Part shown: positions 41,730 through 55,692 of the stretch, piece by piece
Position numbering within the stretch: the first letter of the stretch is position 1
Layout of the letters: each line of letters begins with the position of its first letter
Assembly: GCF_009914755.1 (NCBI RefSeq)
Contig: NC_060932.1
DNA: 64,000 nt
Source of the DNA: the human T2T-CHM13v2.0 reference genome, Homo sapiens
Reading direction: 5' to 3' (one strand)
Position numbers and translations under genes: made by a program
Notes under the pieces: generated by a model
The model's input: only the letters and a program-made list of their open reading frames with translations
Database searches by the model: none
What the model was told of the DNA's origin: nothing

Positions 41730-43367
41730 CAATAAACTGCTATGTGCCAGGCACTAACTAATTAATATTTTAAGACATATAAGCCTTTTTGCCCCCTGGG
41801 GAAGCTCACACTTATAGTCTAGTCTCAGAAGAGCTGAAATTCAGATAGTAATAATTTTTAAATCAAATCTAATGATTCCATTAGGTAGGAGTGAAATTTT
41901 ATAATAAATTTTATAATAAAATTTTATAATTTCACTCAAAGCAGCAAAGAAAATTCTATCAATTAGCCAACAAATATGTATAATATTAATATGTTTGGCA
42001 GAAAGATCACATACTAGTATGTTGATAAACTTCAAGGCAAGAAGAAAAAAAAAATCTCTGATGTGGAACCAAGGTTAACAAATGCCATATGAGCCACTGG
42101 TGCAATATATCAGGGCTGTGACTTACAAAAGCTAAACACACAACTAGCAATTCTAGAGGAAGCTGTGCTCATCCCAGTGGATACACTTCATTTTCCCTGG
42201 AGATAGGGGTGTTCCTGGGGATCTGGGGATGGGGGTTGTAAAGTCTGTGTGCCTAAACATTATTCAAAACTTCCTACCATCTCTTATATATTAACCTTAT
42301 AGCTAGCATCCAACAGTGAGTTGTGAGAACTCAGCCCTGAAGGAAATACCTCTTTTACATGTTCATAAAACAAGTTCCTCTGGAACCTGGCAGATGCTGC
42401 TGGAGGCCATGAGTACCCTCGTTCCCCACCAACCGATCTCTCCCAAAGTTCAACAAAGCCCTGAGTCAGTCTATCAGAGGCCAAGAATAGTGTGCAAGAG
42501 GAGAAACAAAAGGGATCTATAGTTAAATAATAAAGAAACAATTTTCTATGCTAAGTTGTCCTAGACAACCATAAAATATAAACTGAGTGAAATACAAACA
42601 CTTTTGTAACACAAATACTGGGCAGTTTTACTCATAGGGAAAAATCTATGATATTTTACTCTTCTTTCTACCCGTCATAAAAAGAGATTCCCTTCTTACA
42701 TTAAAATATATTTGTTCTTAACTGAATTGGCTGGGTCAGTATAGGCATTTAGAGGGACAAGAAAGTGCATGAAAAACATGAGGCACACACCGAGCTTTCT
42801 TTAACTACAGAAATTTCACTATATTTGAGTTTTTTTAAAAAAAGGAGGCACATTTGCATTTGCATTTTTCACCCCTAATTGAAGAACCAGTTCCTAATGG
42901 AAGAACATGGAGCTGAAAAGGTGCCAATGAAATAGCTGGGTTTCAGAAGCCATGGACGGCTTTCTCAGTACAAACAGCACTTGTGGTTTCAAACAGGGAG
43001 TCTCTGTGGCTGTGTTAAGTGAACAGCAACTCAAACAAAACTCCATGTAGCTGGTTTGACAAGCAGGAAATGTGTAAACGACTTCAAAACCACCAAAGAC
43101 TGTCAAGTAAGGGGACCGCCATGCTTCTATTTTGCTGAAGGTCCCCCTCTTCATTCTTTGCTTACCTGGTCAGTTTCTTCCATTCAGAATGTAGCCATCA
43201 TTCATCCTAGGACCAACCTTAATTTGGACATTTTAGGCAAAACATAATAAATCACACTCATACATGCACAAACTATTAGCTAGCATCATCTCTAATTTGA
43301 GATATTGTTTTTCCTTTGAGCTATGGGCTCACTGAAAAGTCCTTCTAAACAGAAGAAAATTAAAGCA

Positions 43368-43530
43368 AGGAAGAGAAACAGGCAGGAAGGAATGAGGGAG
43401 GGAAGGAAGGAAAGGGAGGGAGGGAGGGAGGAAGGGGAAGGGGAGGGGCAAGGGAAGGGAAGGGGAAGGAAGGAAGGAAAGAAGGAAGGAGGAAAATGAG
43501 AAGGAGGGAAAAAGGAAAAAAAAGGAAAAA
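43368..43530. repeat. GA-rich low-complexity tract
   Basis: GGAA/GGGA/GGGAA units, nearly all purine. Confidence 0.9.
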
Positions 43531-44889
43531 TTGTGATCATCAGTGGGACAGTAAAGACAAATATTAGGTGTACCCTAAAGAATCCTTCTCTAAGTGCCTC
43601 TAGGGTACTCTTTGTATTAAAGGCAAACTAACTCAGCACAACAGATGACAGACAAAACCAAAACTCAGGTTCCCAAGTCCCAGCTTTGGGCTCTTCTTGC
43701 TCCCAGCCAACTGCCACTAGGCCATATAGATGAGGGAAAGTGTTTATTTATTGCTCTATTATGGCCTAAACCGGCATTATTTGGCAATTGCTCTCCAGAA
43801 AGTTTAATGTCAAAACTTCAATTTCATGAAACAACAGGTTTGGTCAAGGCCAAAATGCTTTGAGACTAACTTTTTATTTCCTCATGGTATTTCCATTGCT
43901 GCTGCTAGCCAAAACCCAAACTACATACCCAGATGAAAATAAACATAAATCCAAAAACCTCAGAAACGGCCTGAGCTTAGTGTGAAGACTGAGTGAATGA
44001 TGGCTTAGGTTTGCTTGTATTTTTTCTGAAGTAGATCCTTCATTTTTATATGAACAAAATTATTGTACTGGTAAAAAATTAAATACACTCTTCCACCTCC
44101 AACAAGAGATATCCAGAAATTCAGCCTACTCCGTTAAATGTTGGGCAAATTCCAGTGATTGATGACATATTCCAGTTATTTCTTCTGTTATTTCTGTTAT
44201 GGGGTCCAGCAAGGAATGGAGCTTTCTTTATAAAATAAAAGGAAACCTTGGGTCCCTAACTCTCAAAATCACTCATCCTTGGAGGAAAAAAAATGATAGC
44301 ACCTTTTGTGAGGGGTACCTTAATGTCAGAAACAACCAAGAGAGAAATTCTCTGGGTTATTATTTTATTTATTTTGTGTGTGTGGATTTAGTGACTTTTT
44401 TGGTAATTTGGACAGGATGAGGCACATAAAAGCATTTATTAAAGGACATAATTTTGCCTGAAAACAAGCCCTGTTTCTGCCCCCACAGGATGTCAGTGCT
44501 CTCTGCAGATCTTGTGTTGATTACCCTCTGTGGGAAGTAGCGGTCAACTCTAATTAACTAATTTACTTTCAACAAGTGTTTAATTAGGGCCTATGCCCAT
44601 ATGTTATGCTCTTTTGAAGATTCTGCACAATGTCAGGACTTTATTAAAATGCATAGAATTAATCTGGTTCTCTGACATAGGCCTACGACCATCTAGAAAA
44701 TAATCTGAATCCATCGAGAACTGCTAAATGTAATAAAATATATGGAACAGATTAGAAAGGGTATTGGGCCAACCACCATGGAGATAAAATACAGTGCCTT
44801 CAGAGGCTGGAACGGAAGATGAGCACATGAAAACCCAAGTGCAATCTTTAAAAGTGGCATAATTATAATAACTTATGGTAAACTGAGAA

Positions 44890-45075
44890 TAATAGTCAAC
44901 ATTTTTTGACTTTTAACTGTGCACCAGATATTTTGTGCCCTATCTCATTTAATACTCATGAGAACTCTCGAATCTAAATCAACCTCACTTTGCAGGTGAG
45001 GGAACTGAGAGAGAAGTTAAATAACTGGCCAAGGTTACAGCTGGCCAGTTGCAGCATGGGGATTCAAACCTGGAA
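44890..45075 (-). mobile_element. MIR SINE
   Basis: tctcatttaatactcat...tttgcaggtgagggaactgagagagaagttaaataactggccaaggttacagc. Confidence 0.8.
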
Positions 45076-45104
45076 ATTCTTACAGAATCTCCGAGGTACC
45101 TTAA

Positions 45105-45285
45105 CAAGGTGCTTTCCAAACTGTAATGACCATAGTAACCACCGGGGTTGGTGGGGTGGGGATCTGGTGAAACTGCAGATTCTAATTCAGTAGGTCGTGG
45201 GCAGGGTCTGAGATTCTGTATTTCTAACAAGCTCCAGGTGATGCTCCTGCTGCTTGCCCTCCAACCACACTTTGAGTAGCAAGGA
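45105..45285. mobile_element. MER5A MITE
   Basis: gcagattctaattcagtaggtc...ctgagattctgtatttctaacaagctccaggtgatgct...accacactttgagtagca. Confidence 0.85.
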
Positions 45286-45579
45286 TTTAAGTGGACACTG
45301 AGGATTTCAACAAACCAAAATATGGTGGAAAAGATGCTGGAGGCTATGGAGGATCAGAAAAGGTGAGCAAATGAATCCATGACATGGAGCTAATAAAATT
45401 ACAGGGTCAGTTCTCAAATCCAGGGCTTCAGTTTTCCCACCTGTAAAAGAAAGTGTTCAGTGAACTGGACAATTTCAAGCATTCTTCCCAGATGTAATAG
45501 AGTAAGAATCTATGATTCTATTATGGGATGGGAAAAGAGGGGAGGGACATGAGACCTGAATAGGAGTTGCTTGCAGAAC

Positions 45580-46050
45580 TCTTAACAATAGCAAAGACAA
45601 GGAAATCAACCTAAATGCCCATCAATGATGGATTGAATAAAGAAAATGTGGTAATACTCACTATGGAGTACTGTGCAGCTATAAAAAATCATGTCTTTTG
45701 TGGGAACATGGATGGAGCTGGAGGCCATTATCCTGAACAAACTAATGCAGGAACAGAAAATCAAATACCGTAAGTTATCACTTAGCAGTGAGAGCTAAAT
45801 GATGAGAACTCACGGGCACAAAGAGGGGAACAAAGGACACTGGGGCTTACTTGACAGTGAAAGGTGGGAAGAGGGAGAGAATCAGAAAAAATAACTACTG
45901 GGTGCTAGGCTTAATACCTGGATGACAACATAATCTGTACAACAAGCCCCCATGACATGAGTTTACCTACATAACAAACCTGCACATGTACCTTGAAACT
46001 ATAACAAAAGTTTTTTTAAAAATAAAAAATTTAAAAATTAAAATAAAAAT
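45580..46050 (+). mobile_element. 5'-truncated L1PA15/16-like 3' end
   Basis: caacctaaatgcccatcaatg through ataacaaacctgcacatgtacc, A-rich tail; degenerate TSD aggagttgcttgcaga/aagaattgtttgcaga. Confidence 0.9.
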
Positions 46051-46831
46051 AAGAATTGTTTGCAGAGCTTATTAATAAGGATGTTGGACCCAACCCTCCA
46101 GATTCCTAGGCATCCCTACCAAGTGAGTAGATTTAGGAAGAGACAGAAATTTAGAAAAGTCAATCTAGAATGTGGAAGTTTTTACAAATAAAATTAACAT
46201 ATGTGATCCATAGATGGATAAATTAAATAAGGATAATGACAGCTCCTATTTACTTGGTGCATACTCTATGCTACACATGCAATAAATGTTGGATATTTTA
46301 TATGAATGTGTATAAAATATCCAGTCTTCACAAAATCCCAGCAGGTGTTTTTGAGCTGGATTTCAAATTATGTGAGCCTGTAAATTTTCTTTTTATTTAA
46401 GCCACACTGAGTTGGGGATTTTGTTCCTTTCAGCCAGAAATACCCTAACTAATTCACATCTTCTATGCCAGGCATTGTAGATTTAAAATGAGTTTCCCCA
46501 AAAAGCTCAGTGACTCACGGTGGGGGAAAGGGTGTCAGACAAGTGAAGTTATGATAAGTTTCAAAACAGAGATTTATTCAAGTTGCTATGGAAACACAGA
46601 AGCAGGATAGCAAAGTTTTAGGAAAGGAGAGCCTGACCTAATTATTGAAGAATGAGCAAACGGAATGTGTGAGGAGGGCATCCCGGGCAAAGGGACTGGC
46701 TTGGGCAAAGGCACAGATATGTGAGCAAGCATTTCAAACTCTGCAAGAAGCTAGTCTTATTTGCCAGGCTAAGTCATGGAGATTAGCAGCAGTTCTGTTC
46801 AGGAAACAAAGAATGATTTTTGTCTCCTCTA

Positions 46832-47243
<412 letters not shown>

Positions 47244-47722
47244 TCATTAGCCATGTAATCCTGAGTAAATTTCTTAACCCCTCAAAGCCTCCATTTCCTT
47301 GTCTGAAAAAAAAGGGGGGTTGATGATGTCTAATTTGCAAGTAGTTTAAAGTTGAAAGATGAGATAAAGTTCTTGGCATATTATTATAACTTTGATTATG
47401 ATTCCTGTCTATATGCTAACAATATAAAGAGAAAGAGATGTCGTCCCTGCTTTGAGATACTCAAGTTGGCAAGAACAACATGCAAGCAAGTAGTTTGCTG
47501 AGAATGAGGGATGCACAGGACAGTATGAGAAGTAAGCTTTTAAACTTAATTTGGTAATATAAGTTATTAATTAATTTAAAGGTAATATAAATAGGTGATC
47601 AAGTTTTTATTTAGGATAATGTCTTCCATAGTTGTGTGGAGAATTCATTGACAGTAGAGGTAGCAGAAGGTGATTGGAGAGTGAGCTAGGAAGTAGCAGT
47701 AAGATGAAGAAAACTAGATAGA

Positions 47723-47935
47723 GGCCAAGCACAGTGGCTCACGCCTGTAATTCCAGCAATTTGGGAGGTTGAGGCAGGCGGATCTTTTGAGCCTAGGAGT
47801 TCAAGGCTGCAGTGAGCTATTATAGCTTCACTGTACTCTATCCCAAGACACAGAGCAGGGAGACCCTATCTGAAAAGAAAAGAGAAAGAGAGGAAGGAAA
47901 GGAAGGGAGGGAGGGAAAAGGAAAAGAGAAAAGAA
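47723..47935 (+). mobile_element. Alu monomer (FRAM/AluJ-like) with GA-rich tail
   Basis: Single arm ending gagaccctatct; TSD agaaaactagataga on both sides. Confidence 0.88.
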
Positions 47936-48254
47936 AAGAAAACTAGATAGATTGGAGAAATGTTTAGAGGTAAAATTGCCTGGATTTCATGCCTAAGCTA
48001 ATAGGATAATGATCATGTTTTTAGTTTAAGGATGTTTAATATTGGTGCCATTCTCCAGAAATTAGGAATACCGGAGGTAAAGCTAGAATCATCAGAATTT
48101 CCCATTTTCATTTTCCTCACCTGATCTACCAAATGCTTGACCAACAATTATCCTTGTCCTGTAATCTGTGTCATCAATATGCAGCTTTCAGCATGCTGCA
48201 TTATATTCTGCTACTCATGTTTACACTTTTCTCTATTTGGAAATTCTGTAAGTA

Positions 48255-48410
48255 CAGTCCTTAAACCAGCAACATCAGAATTATATGGAAACTTGCTAGA
48301 CATGCAAATTCTTGGAGTCCATTCCAGATTCTCTGAGGCTGGGCCCAGCAGCTTGTGCTTAAACAAGGCCGACAGGTGATTCTGATGCATGCTGGATTTT
48401 GTAGAATTAC
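48255..48410. mobile_element. MER5A MITE
   Basis: ccagcaacatcag...ggaaacttgctagacatgcaaattct...gggcccagca...aggtgattctgatgcatgct. Confidence 0.8.
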
Positions 48411-49699
48411 AAATCTATAATTACCTTCAAGAATCTAGATGTTTTTTAACCTCCTGGCTTTTACACACAGAAAGGGCTCCTGCCACATTCTGCTCCTTCC
48501 CATGCAGAGCAGTGGTGTCCTGAGGATGAAGTAGAACCATGGCCCTCACCACGAATACAGGTGAGATCCAACTGGGAGAGTTACAGTGAGTTTGGGCAGC
48601 TCTGTAACTAATTTGGCACAAACTAGGTTTTCTTCTCAAAGCAAATCAGAACACCCAGAGTGACCATGATACAATCTGCAAAACAACCTCACAATTAGTC
48701 CTGGATCAAAGCCCCCAACTCCACTAGGAGAAAAATTGGGGACCAGTGGGATATGTGAGAGAATCAAATGAAAAAGTGTCCCCCAAACATGCTCCAGCAT
48801 ATAGAGTCATTCCACTATTCTTATAGACAGAGCCACTCAAACTCCAAGAGACAAATATAATAGCCCATCATGCCAGGTCAATGGGTAGAATTTCAAGGGT
48901 CAACAAGCCATGGTCTTAAAGGCTCCAGTTACAAACTAGACCACCAGACAGATGCTCAATTGTCTACTGGCCTCTGTGGCACAACCTCATGTGTTTTGGG
49001 GAGCAGGGGAGGGGGCAGGAGGTGTGTTGCTTGGCTCTCAGAGAAAAAGTATTAATCCTGTCATGACCCTTAGGTCTCAGCTCCCAATTGCCCACTAAAT
49101 GTCTGATTAAATGGCATCCCTGGGTGGGCTGTAATTGCTATGGAATCCCTTCCTGTCAGTTTTCAGAACAAAATCCTATGTATAGAAGTATTCTGTCTCT
49201 CATTAAATTTTTATTTCCTTGTCCACTGAGCTCTTTTTGTTGAAATATTATTGAAAGTATTTAACTGAAACTGCCATGTCCCTGATAATATGAAAACTGT
49301 TTCCAAAATCTCCTTTCTGTAATGACAAGAAGCTGTGTGGGATGATCTGGCTAAATAACTGCAGCTGCTGGCCATCAAGACTGCTTAGTTTCTTACAGTT
49401 CATCTCGTCCCTGACCCTCCAAGCTAATTACACTCACAGCCTTGCTCACAGCTAGACATCCACGGGCAAGGTCTAGACATGTAGGACTACCCAGAGGTCA
49501 AATGGAGGATCTTTGATCTGTTTGTTTTTCCTCACTCTTAATAGGAATTGTTTAATGCAGGTAGCCAGACAAAAAGGGACCCACATCCTCAGCTCAGTAT
49601 GACCCAGGCCTTTGGGACACCTACTGTAACTGCCTCTATTCCACAGTCTCTCGGGGTGCTTTTTTACCACTGGCATCTTTAGAATCTCAGAAAATACTG

Positions 49700-49865
49700 G
49701 ACTCTCACTGAGTCAGCTTGGGCAAGTTTCCTCATTTATGTAATCTTGACTTTCCTTATTTGCAAAATGGGGGTAGTTGTAAAAGTTAAATAAGAGAATG
49801 CACGTAAAGTCAGTGTTGTGTCTAGTACATGGCACTGAATAAATGTTACCACTGAGATGATGATA
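49700..49865 (+). mobile_element. MIR SINE fragment
   Basis: ttgggcaagtt...tttccttatttgcaaaatgggg...aataaatgtta. Confidence 0.65.
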
Positions 49866-51490
49866 TCATTGTTGCAACATTGTGGGTGCTCCTCCCAGAT
49901 CCCCCAAGATCTGTTTTCACCATTTGTGTGTGCTTTCCTCAAAAGGCAATCAACTAATGATTGTTGGGTGTAAAAATATGAAAGCTCCTGAATCCATAAG
50001 GACCACAAAGGTGCTCTAGAATCAAAGAAACAAAATGTGTTACAAAAATGAGGGAAAGGGATCCTCTTTGCTTTAACTAAATGGTTATGGCACAACTTTG
50101 TGTTTATCTTCCTAAATTTGTGGTCATTAGCAGTGCCAGTGCTCACACCAAAGGTGCTAATGTCTGTGCTAGTACCAGCTTAATATAGTAGTGGAGGCCA
50201 TTATCTCAAGGGTGAGCCAGCGGCCTCAAGGTCTTGATGGGGGCAATAGCTGGAGCAGATCATTGGCAGGCACCAGTAGCAATGTGAAGAGTTGAAAGAA
50301 GCTCAGAGGACTTTATTTGTGAATTCTCTAGATTCTCCTAAAATAACCAAGGAGTCTTTGAAGTGAGCTAAAAGTCCTTTAATAGTAAGTAAAAACAGAA
50401 GCAGAAAAATATAACGTAACACTAAATCAGTATGAACTTCCTCCATGATGTTCAAGGTAAAAGAATGGCAGCCATAGAACTCCTTACCTCCCCACAGCTC
50501 CGTCATCCCACAGAACCGCAGATGAAGAAGCTGGAGGATGGGGTGACCAAAGGAGAACAGCAGGTTCTTGGCTTGACTCAAATCTTTCCTGCCCAACTTA
50601 GCTTAGGTCAAGAACTGGTGACCAGCAGGCTATAGCATGAAGTCTGCCCCTCAGCATCCTGTCTTTACATCCTCTTCTTTCAACTCGCTGTCTACCTCCT
50701 GGCTCCCCAGTCACAGAATACACCTATGTGAATTGTCAACCCCACTAATGTGTGATATTTGCAATAATTTATTTATGCTGATGTTTTAATTTTTCCAAAT
50801 CTAGCTCAGACCTGCACAACTCATAGGAAATCCAATTGCTGTCCATTTTTTGTGACCCCGCCTCTTCCTATGGCTGTCCAAGGGTGCTGGGTAGTTCTTG
50901 GTAAAAAAAAGTCTCTACACCTGTGAATTTTATTCTACCATTTCTGATTGAACAAATCCTTATGGTTCACTTGAAAACACTTTCTTACGGTAAACCTGGC
51001 CTCTGGAAATTTCAACTAGGCTCCCAAAGCCATGGTGCTTAATGCTATAGTCAATACCAGTCCCTGAATATTAATATGATCTGCTCATATGAGTTCTGTC
51101 ACCTGCAGGGTCCCACGTGCTACTCCTCTGGCCTTCAAGTGTCAAGCAATTTACTTTCCACTCAAATGAAACTTCCTTTTCTGGTGAACCCTCAAGACTA
51201 CCCCATCTACCATCTACAAAAATCTAGCTCTAGGTTTTATAATAATAGCAACAGTTTACATTTAGTGAATACCTATTATATTTTCAGTACTATGATAAAA
51301 ACTAAAATTCACAATACTGAAAAAAGCATTAAATAACTTACTATCTCAAAAGAGTTGGAAAAATATGTGAACTATAACGTATGGTGCTAAGTTCTGTGAT
51401 AGTAAAAATAACAAAATAACAATAATGTCCATTTATTGATAATTTACTGTATCCCATGCACTGTGCCAAATATATGTATCTATTTGATCC

Positions 51491-52370
<880 letters not shown>

Positions 52371-52464
52371 AGTTATAACTATGGTAGTATATCATATTTT
52401 TGTGTTCTATATTTTGTACTGAATTCATTGATTGAAAAAATATTTACAAAGGGCTGTTAGGCAA

Positions 52465-52985
52465 GGACATTACAGGAAATGAGAATTACACACCAAGATC
52501 CCTCATGAATCTAGAGGCAAAAATATTTAGCAAAGTATTAACATATCAAATTCAGAAAATCATAAAAGAATAATACATCACAACCTCAGAAGATATATTC
52601 CAGATACACAAGGTTGAGTTTGCTTTAAAAAACAAATCAATGGGGGTAACTTACCACCTTATCAGGAATAAAAGGAGAAAATCATATGATTATATCAACA
52701 GATGCAGAAAAAGAATTTGATAAAATTCTACTCCTACTTTAAAGAAGACTAGCAAACTGGAAATAGAAGAAAATTTTCTCAAACTTCTAAGTGTAAGCAT
52801 ACAAATCCTACTGCAGACTTGTACACAAGGAAAAAGACTCAACATTTTTTCTCTAAGATTAGGAACAAAGCAAGGATATTCACTCTCACCTCTGCTATTC
52901 AACATTGTAGTGGACATCTGAGCCCAGTAAGGAAGACAAACAAATAAAAGGAATAAATATTAGAAAGATATAATTAAAGTAGGCA
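52465..52985 (+). mobile_element. Old L1M ORF2 (RT region) fragment
   Basis: atcaacagatgcagaaaaagaatttgataaaattc (IS.DAEK.FDKI) and ggaacaaagcaaggatattcactctcacctctgctattcaacattgt ([13 protein letters not shown]). Confidence 0.85.
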
Positions 52986-52989
52986 AGTC

Positions 52990-54760
52990 CAATTGCAGCT
53001 ATTTTTCAGATGTTTCTGCTGGTATAAATCAACATCATCCCTGGTATCTGCTATGGAACATAGCAAAAGCTTTCTCCCCAGCTCAACAAATATACCAAAA
53101 GCAATTTGCTATCACTTAGCAGGGATTACAGTAACTTTCCCTATTTTGCCTAGAATTATATCAACTCTCCAACTTTGATCCATAATTGAATCTTCAGGAA
53201 ATTTGACTGTCTTAGCATCTGTGATGGTTAACTTTGTGTGTCAATTTAACTGGGCCATAAGATACCCAGATAGCTGGAGAAACATTATTCCTAGGTGTGT
53301 TTGTGAGAATGTTTCTGAAAGAGATTAGCATTTAAATCAGTGGACTAAGTAGATGATCCTTCTCAGTATGGATCAGCGTTATCTAATCTATTCAGGTTGA
53401 GGGCCTAAATAGAACAAAAAGGTAGAGAAAAGTTTAATTAACTCTGCTGGAGTTGGGACACTGATCTTCTCCTGCCCTCAGCACTCCTTGTTTTTAGGAC
53501 CTCAGATCTGGACTGGAATCTATAGTGTCAGTTTGAACTACACCTTTTATGGATGAACTATACCTTTCCTGGATCTCCAGCTTGCAGACAGCAAATCATT
53601 GAACTTCTCAGCCTCAATACTTTATAATGAATCTCTTCCTGGATAGATACCTGGTATCTATCTAGGTAGGATAACAGGTATCTTCCTGGAATCTTTCTAG
53701 GAAGCCTTATGCCATCTTATATATCATCCTTATATATCTAGGAGCCAATACCTTATAATAAATGTCTTCCTAAATAGATATAGATGGATGGATAGATGAT
53801 TGATTAATTGATTGATTGTCTTTTATCGGTTCTATTTCTCTGGAGAATCCTGACTATACAGAATCCTACAGGACATCTAATTTATCCATTACATTTATGA
53901 CATAATTTTTATAGGATCTAGAGAGCAGGAATTAGGAATTATTGATGTCTTGATAGGACATAAGGTGTAAAGTAAATATCAAAAATATGTAAGGAGTTGC
54001 TACCTTGGTTTAGTTTCTGGGGATCCAGTAGTCTGGAGTATACAGGGATCTTCTCTCCAAAGTGAAAGATAAGTAGTTGTACCTAGCACTCTATGTATCA
54101 AAACTAATGGCATCATTTGTTAGACTCCTTTGGATATTTAGGTAATGTATAACATATTTGAGTTTACTATTTTGAAAAATTTACTATTTTGAAAAATTTA
54201 TCATATGACCCAAAGGGCTAGTTTTGAGTAGAACCTGAAGCGAGGGAGTCTCCCTCGCTTGTCCATGATATAGACCAACAAAGCCCAGTGGAACCAAAAG
54301 TGATTAAAGATTTATAGAAGAGCAGGAAGTTATTTGATGTGTCTGGAAAGTTCCAATAAGAGGTTCACAGTAGAGATTTTGAAGGAAAACAACTATACTC
54401 TTCCATAACTACTTCCTTTTTTGGAGAACCAGGTCTTGGCTCCCAGTTGGGCCTCTGGTAGAGACCAACTGTGAAAAATAAGATATCCAGGCAAACTGAG
54501 CTGTCTATAGAAAATAGGATGTTATCTATATTACCGACAGATAAAGTTGTCCATGACTACAACTTTTCATCTTTAAGTGAAAGGATAACTGGGGAGGGCT
54601 TTGAAAGTATGATTGTTTAAACAGGTAGCTTACATTTCCACTGAAACAACTCCTGCAACATTGCTATCTCTATATGGCTTCATGGGAAATCTTTAATGAC
54701 AGATTACCAAGGAGGAAAAAAACTTGAGCCTGTTTTAGAGATTGTTCTTCTTAATATGCT
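52990..54760 (+). mobile_element. ERVL internal pol fossil, RT region (interrupted by MLT2 LTR)
   Basis: Decayed equivalents of ERVL RT motifs: LPQGYINSPALCHN (ttgcctagaattatatcaactctccaactttgatccataat), VHYIDDI (atccattacatttatgacata) and FLG.QW..KVKDK. Confidence 0.75.
53220..53860 (+). mobile_element. MLT2 solo LTR inserted in the ERVL pol
   Basis: tgtgatggttaactttgtgtgtcaatt ... ctctggagaatcctgactataca; TSD gcatc/gaatc. Confidence 0.9.
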
Positions 54761-54844
54761 GGAATTAGCTTGAAATTAGCAGAAATGACCTTGGATGAGA
54801 TTTGGAAAAAGATTTCCTCCTAGTAAGTAGAATCTTCTTAATAT

Positions 54845-55692
54845 CTCTCTCTTTTTTTGCACAGTAGTTTGGAACTGTAAAAATTACCATGCAAGCTGTA
54901 ATTTTGAAAAGCAGTCTTAATCGATGAAAATATGTAATTGTTCTGTGATCTTTAAAATTTGTTGTCAAACATTAAGAACTCTCCTACTATCAATTATAAG
55001 TGCATGGGCAAATAAAAAATAGTAAGTTTATTAAGCACACTACTATTTAAAACATTAGAAACATGGAGAATTAAACTTTTATTTCTTTGTAAGAAAAAAT
55101 AACTTATCAAGAATAGTTTAAATAGTGATGGCCTGTTGTTATGTAATTTTAAACATAAATAGCATTTTTTTCTATGCCTTGGTGAACCATCATGCCCCAT
55201 TCTAAGTTTGAATCTGGTTCCAACATTTTATCCCTTACATTTTCAATATCATGAAATATCTTTGAGAATTCTTTCAATTTTTTTTTGGTCAATATCACTT
55301 TCTTTGGAATATCTTCATCTATTGTTACAACCACTTTCCTCATTTATGCAGATAAATTTGCCTTTATTAAATTTCTCTGGCTACATATCTAGAGTCAAAA
55401 GTGTCAACATTCCCAAAGTCAGCTGTTTTTTTTAAAATTCTATTTACATTTTATTTGAATCTCACTTCCAGGATTGTTACTTTTGTTTCTTTGCTGCAAT
55501 TCTGTCCTGGTGAGCCAATTCTCTTTTACAATTATTCATTTTTGTAGAAGTCACATGGGTTTAACACTGGGAGACAACAAGGCAACAAAATGACACTTTT
55601 GCCTTCTGTATGTGAATAACAGATGAGTAATGATCAATCGCTGATAGACTTTGGAAGAAGTGACATATATTGGTCACTGATCATTATATACA
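54845..55692 (-). mobile_element. Tigger6-like DNA transposon, left part
   Basis: tttgcacagtagtttggaactgtaaaaattaccatgcaagctg terminus; transposase C-terminal-like remnant in minus ORF 55149-55343. Confidence 0.65.

Noticed and set aside
50432-50635. Protein-like 67-aa ORF as a possible pseudogene fragment
   Set aside because: No recognisable homologue, poly(A) tail or TSD.
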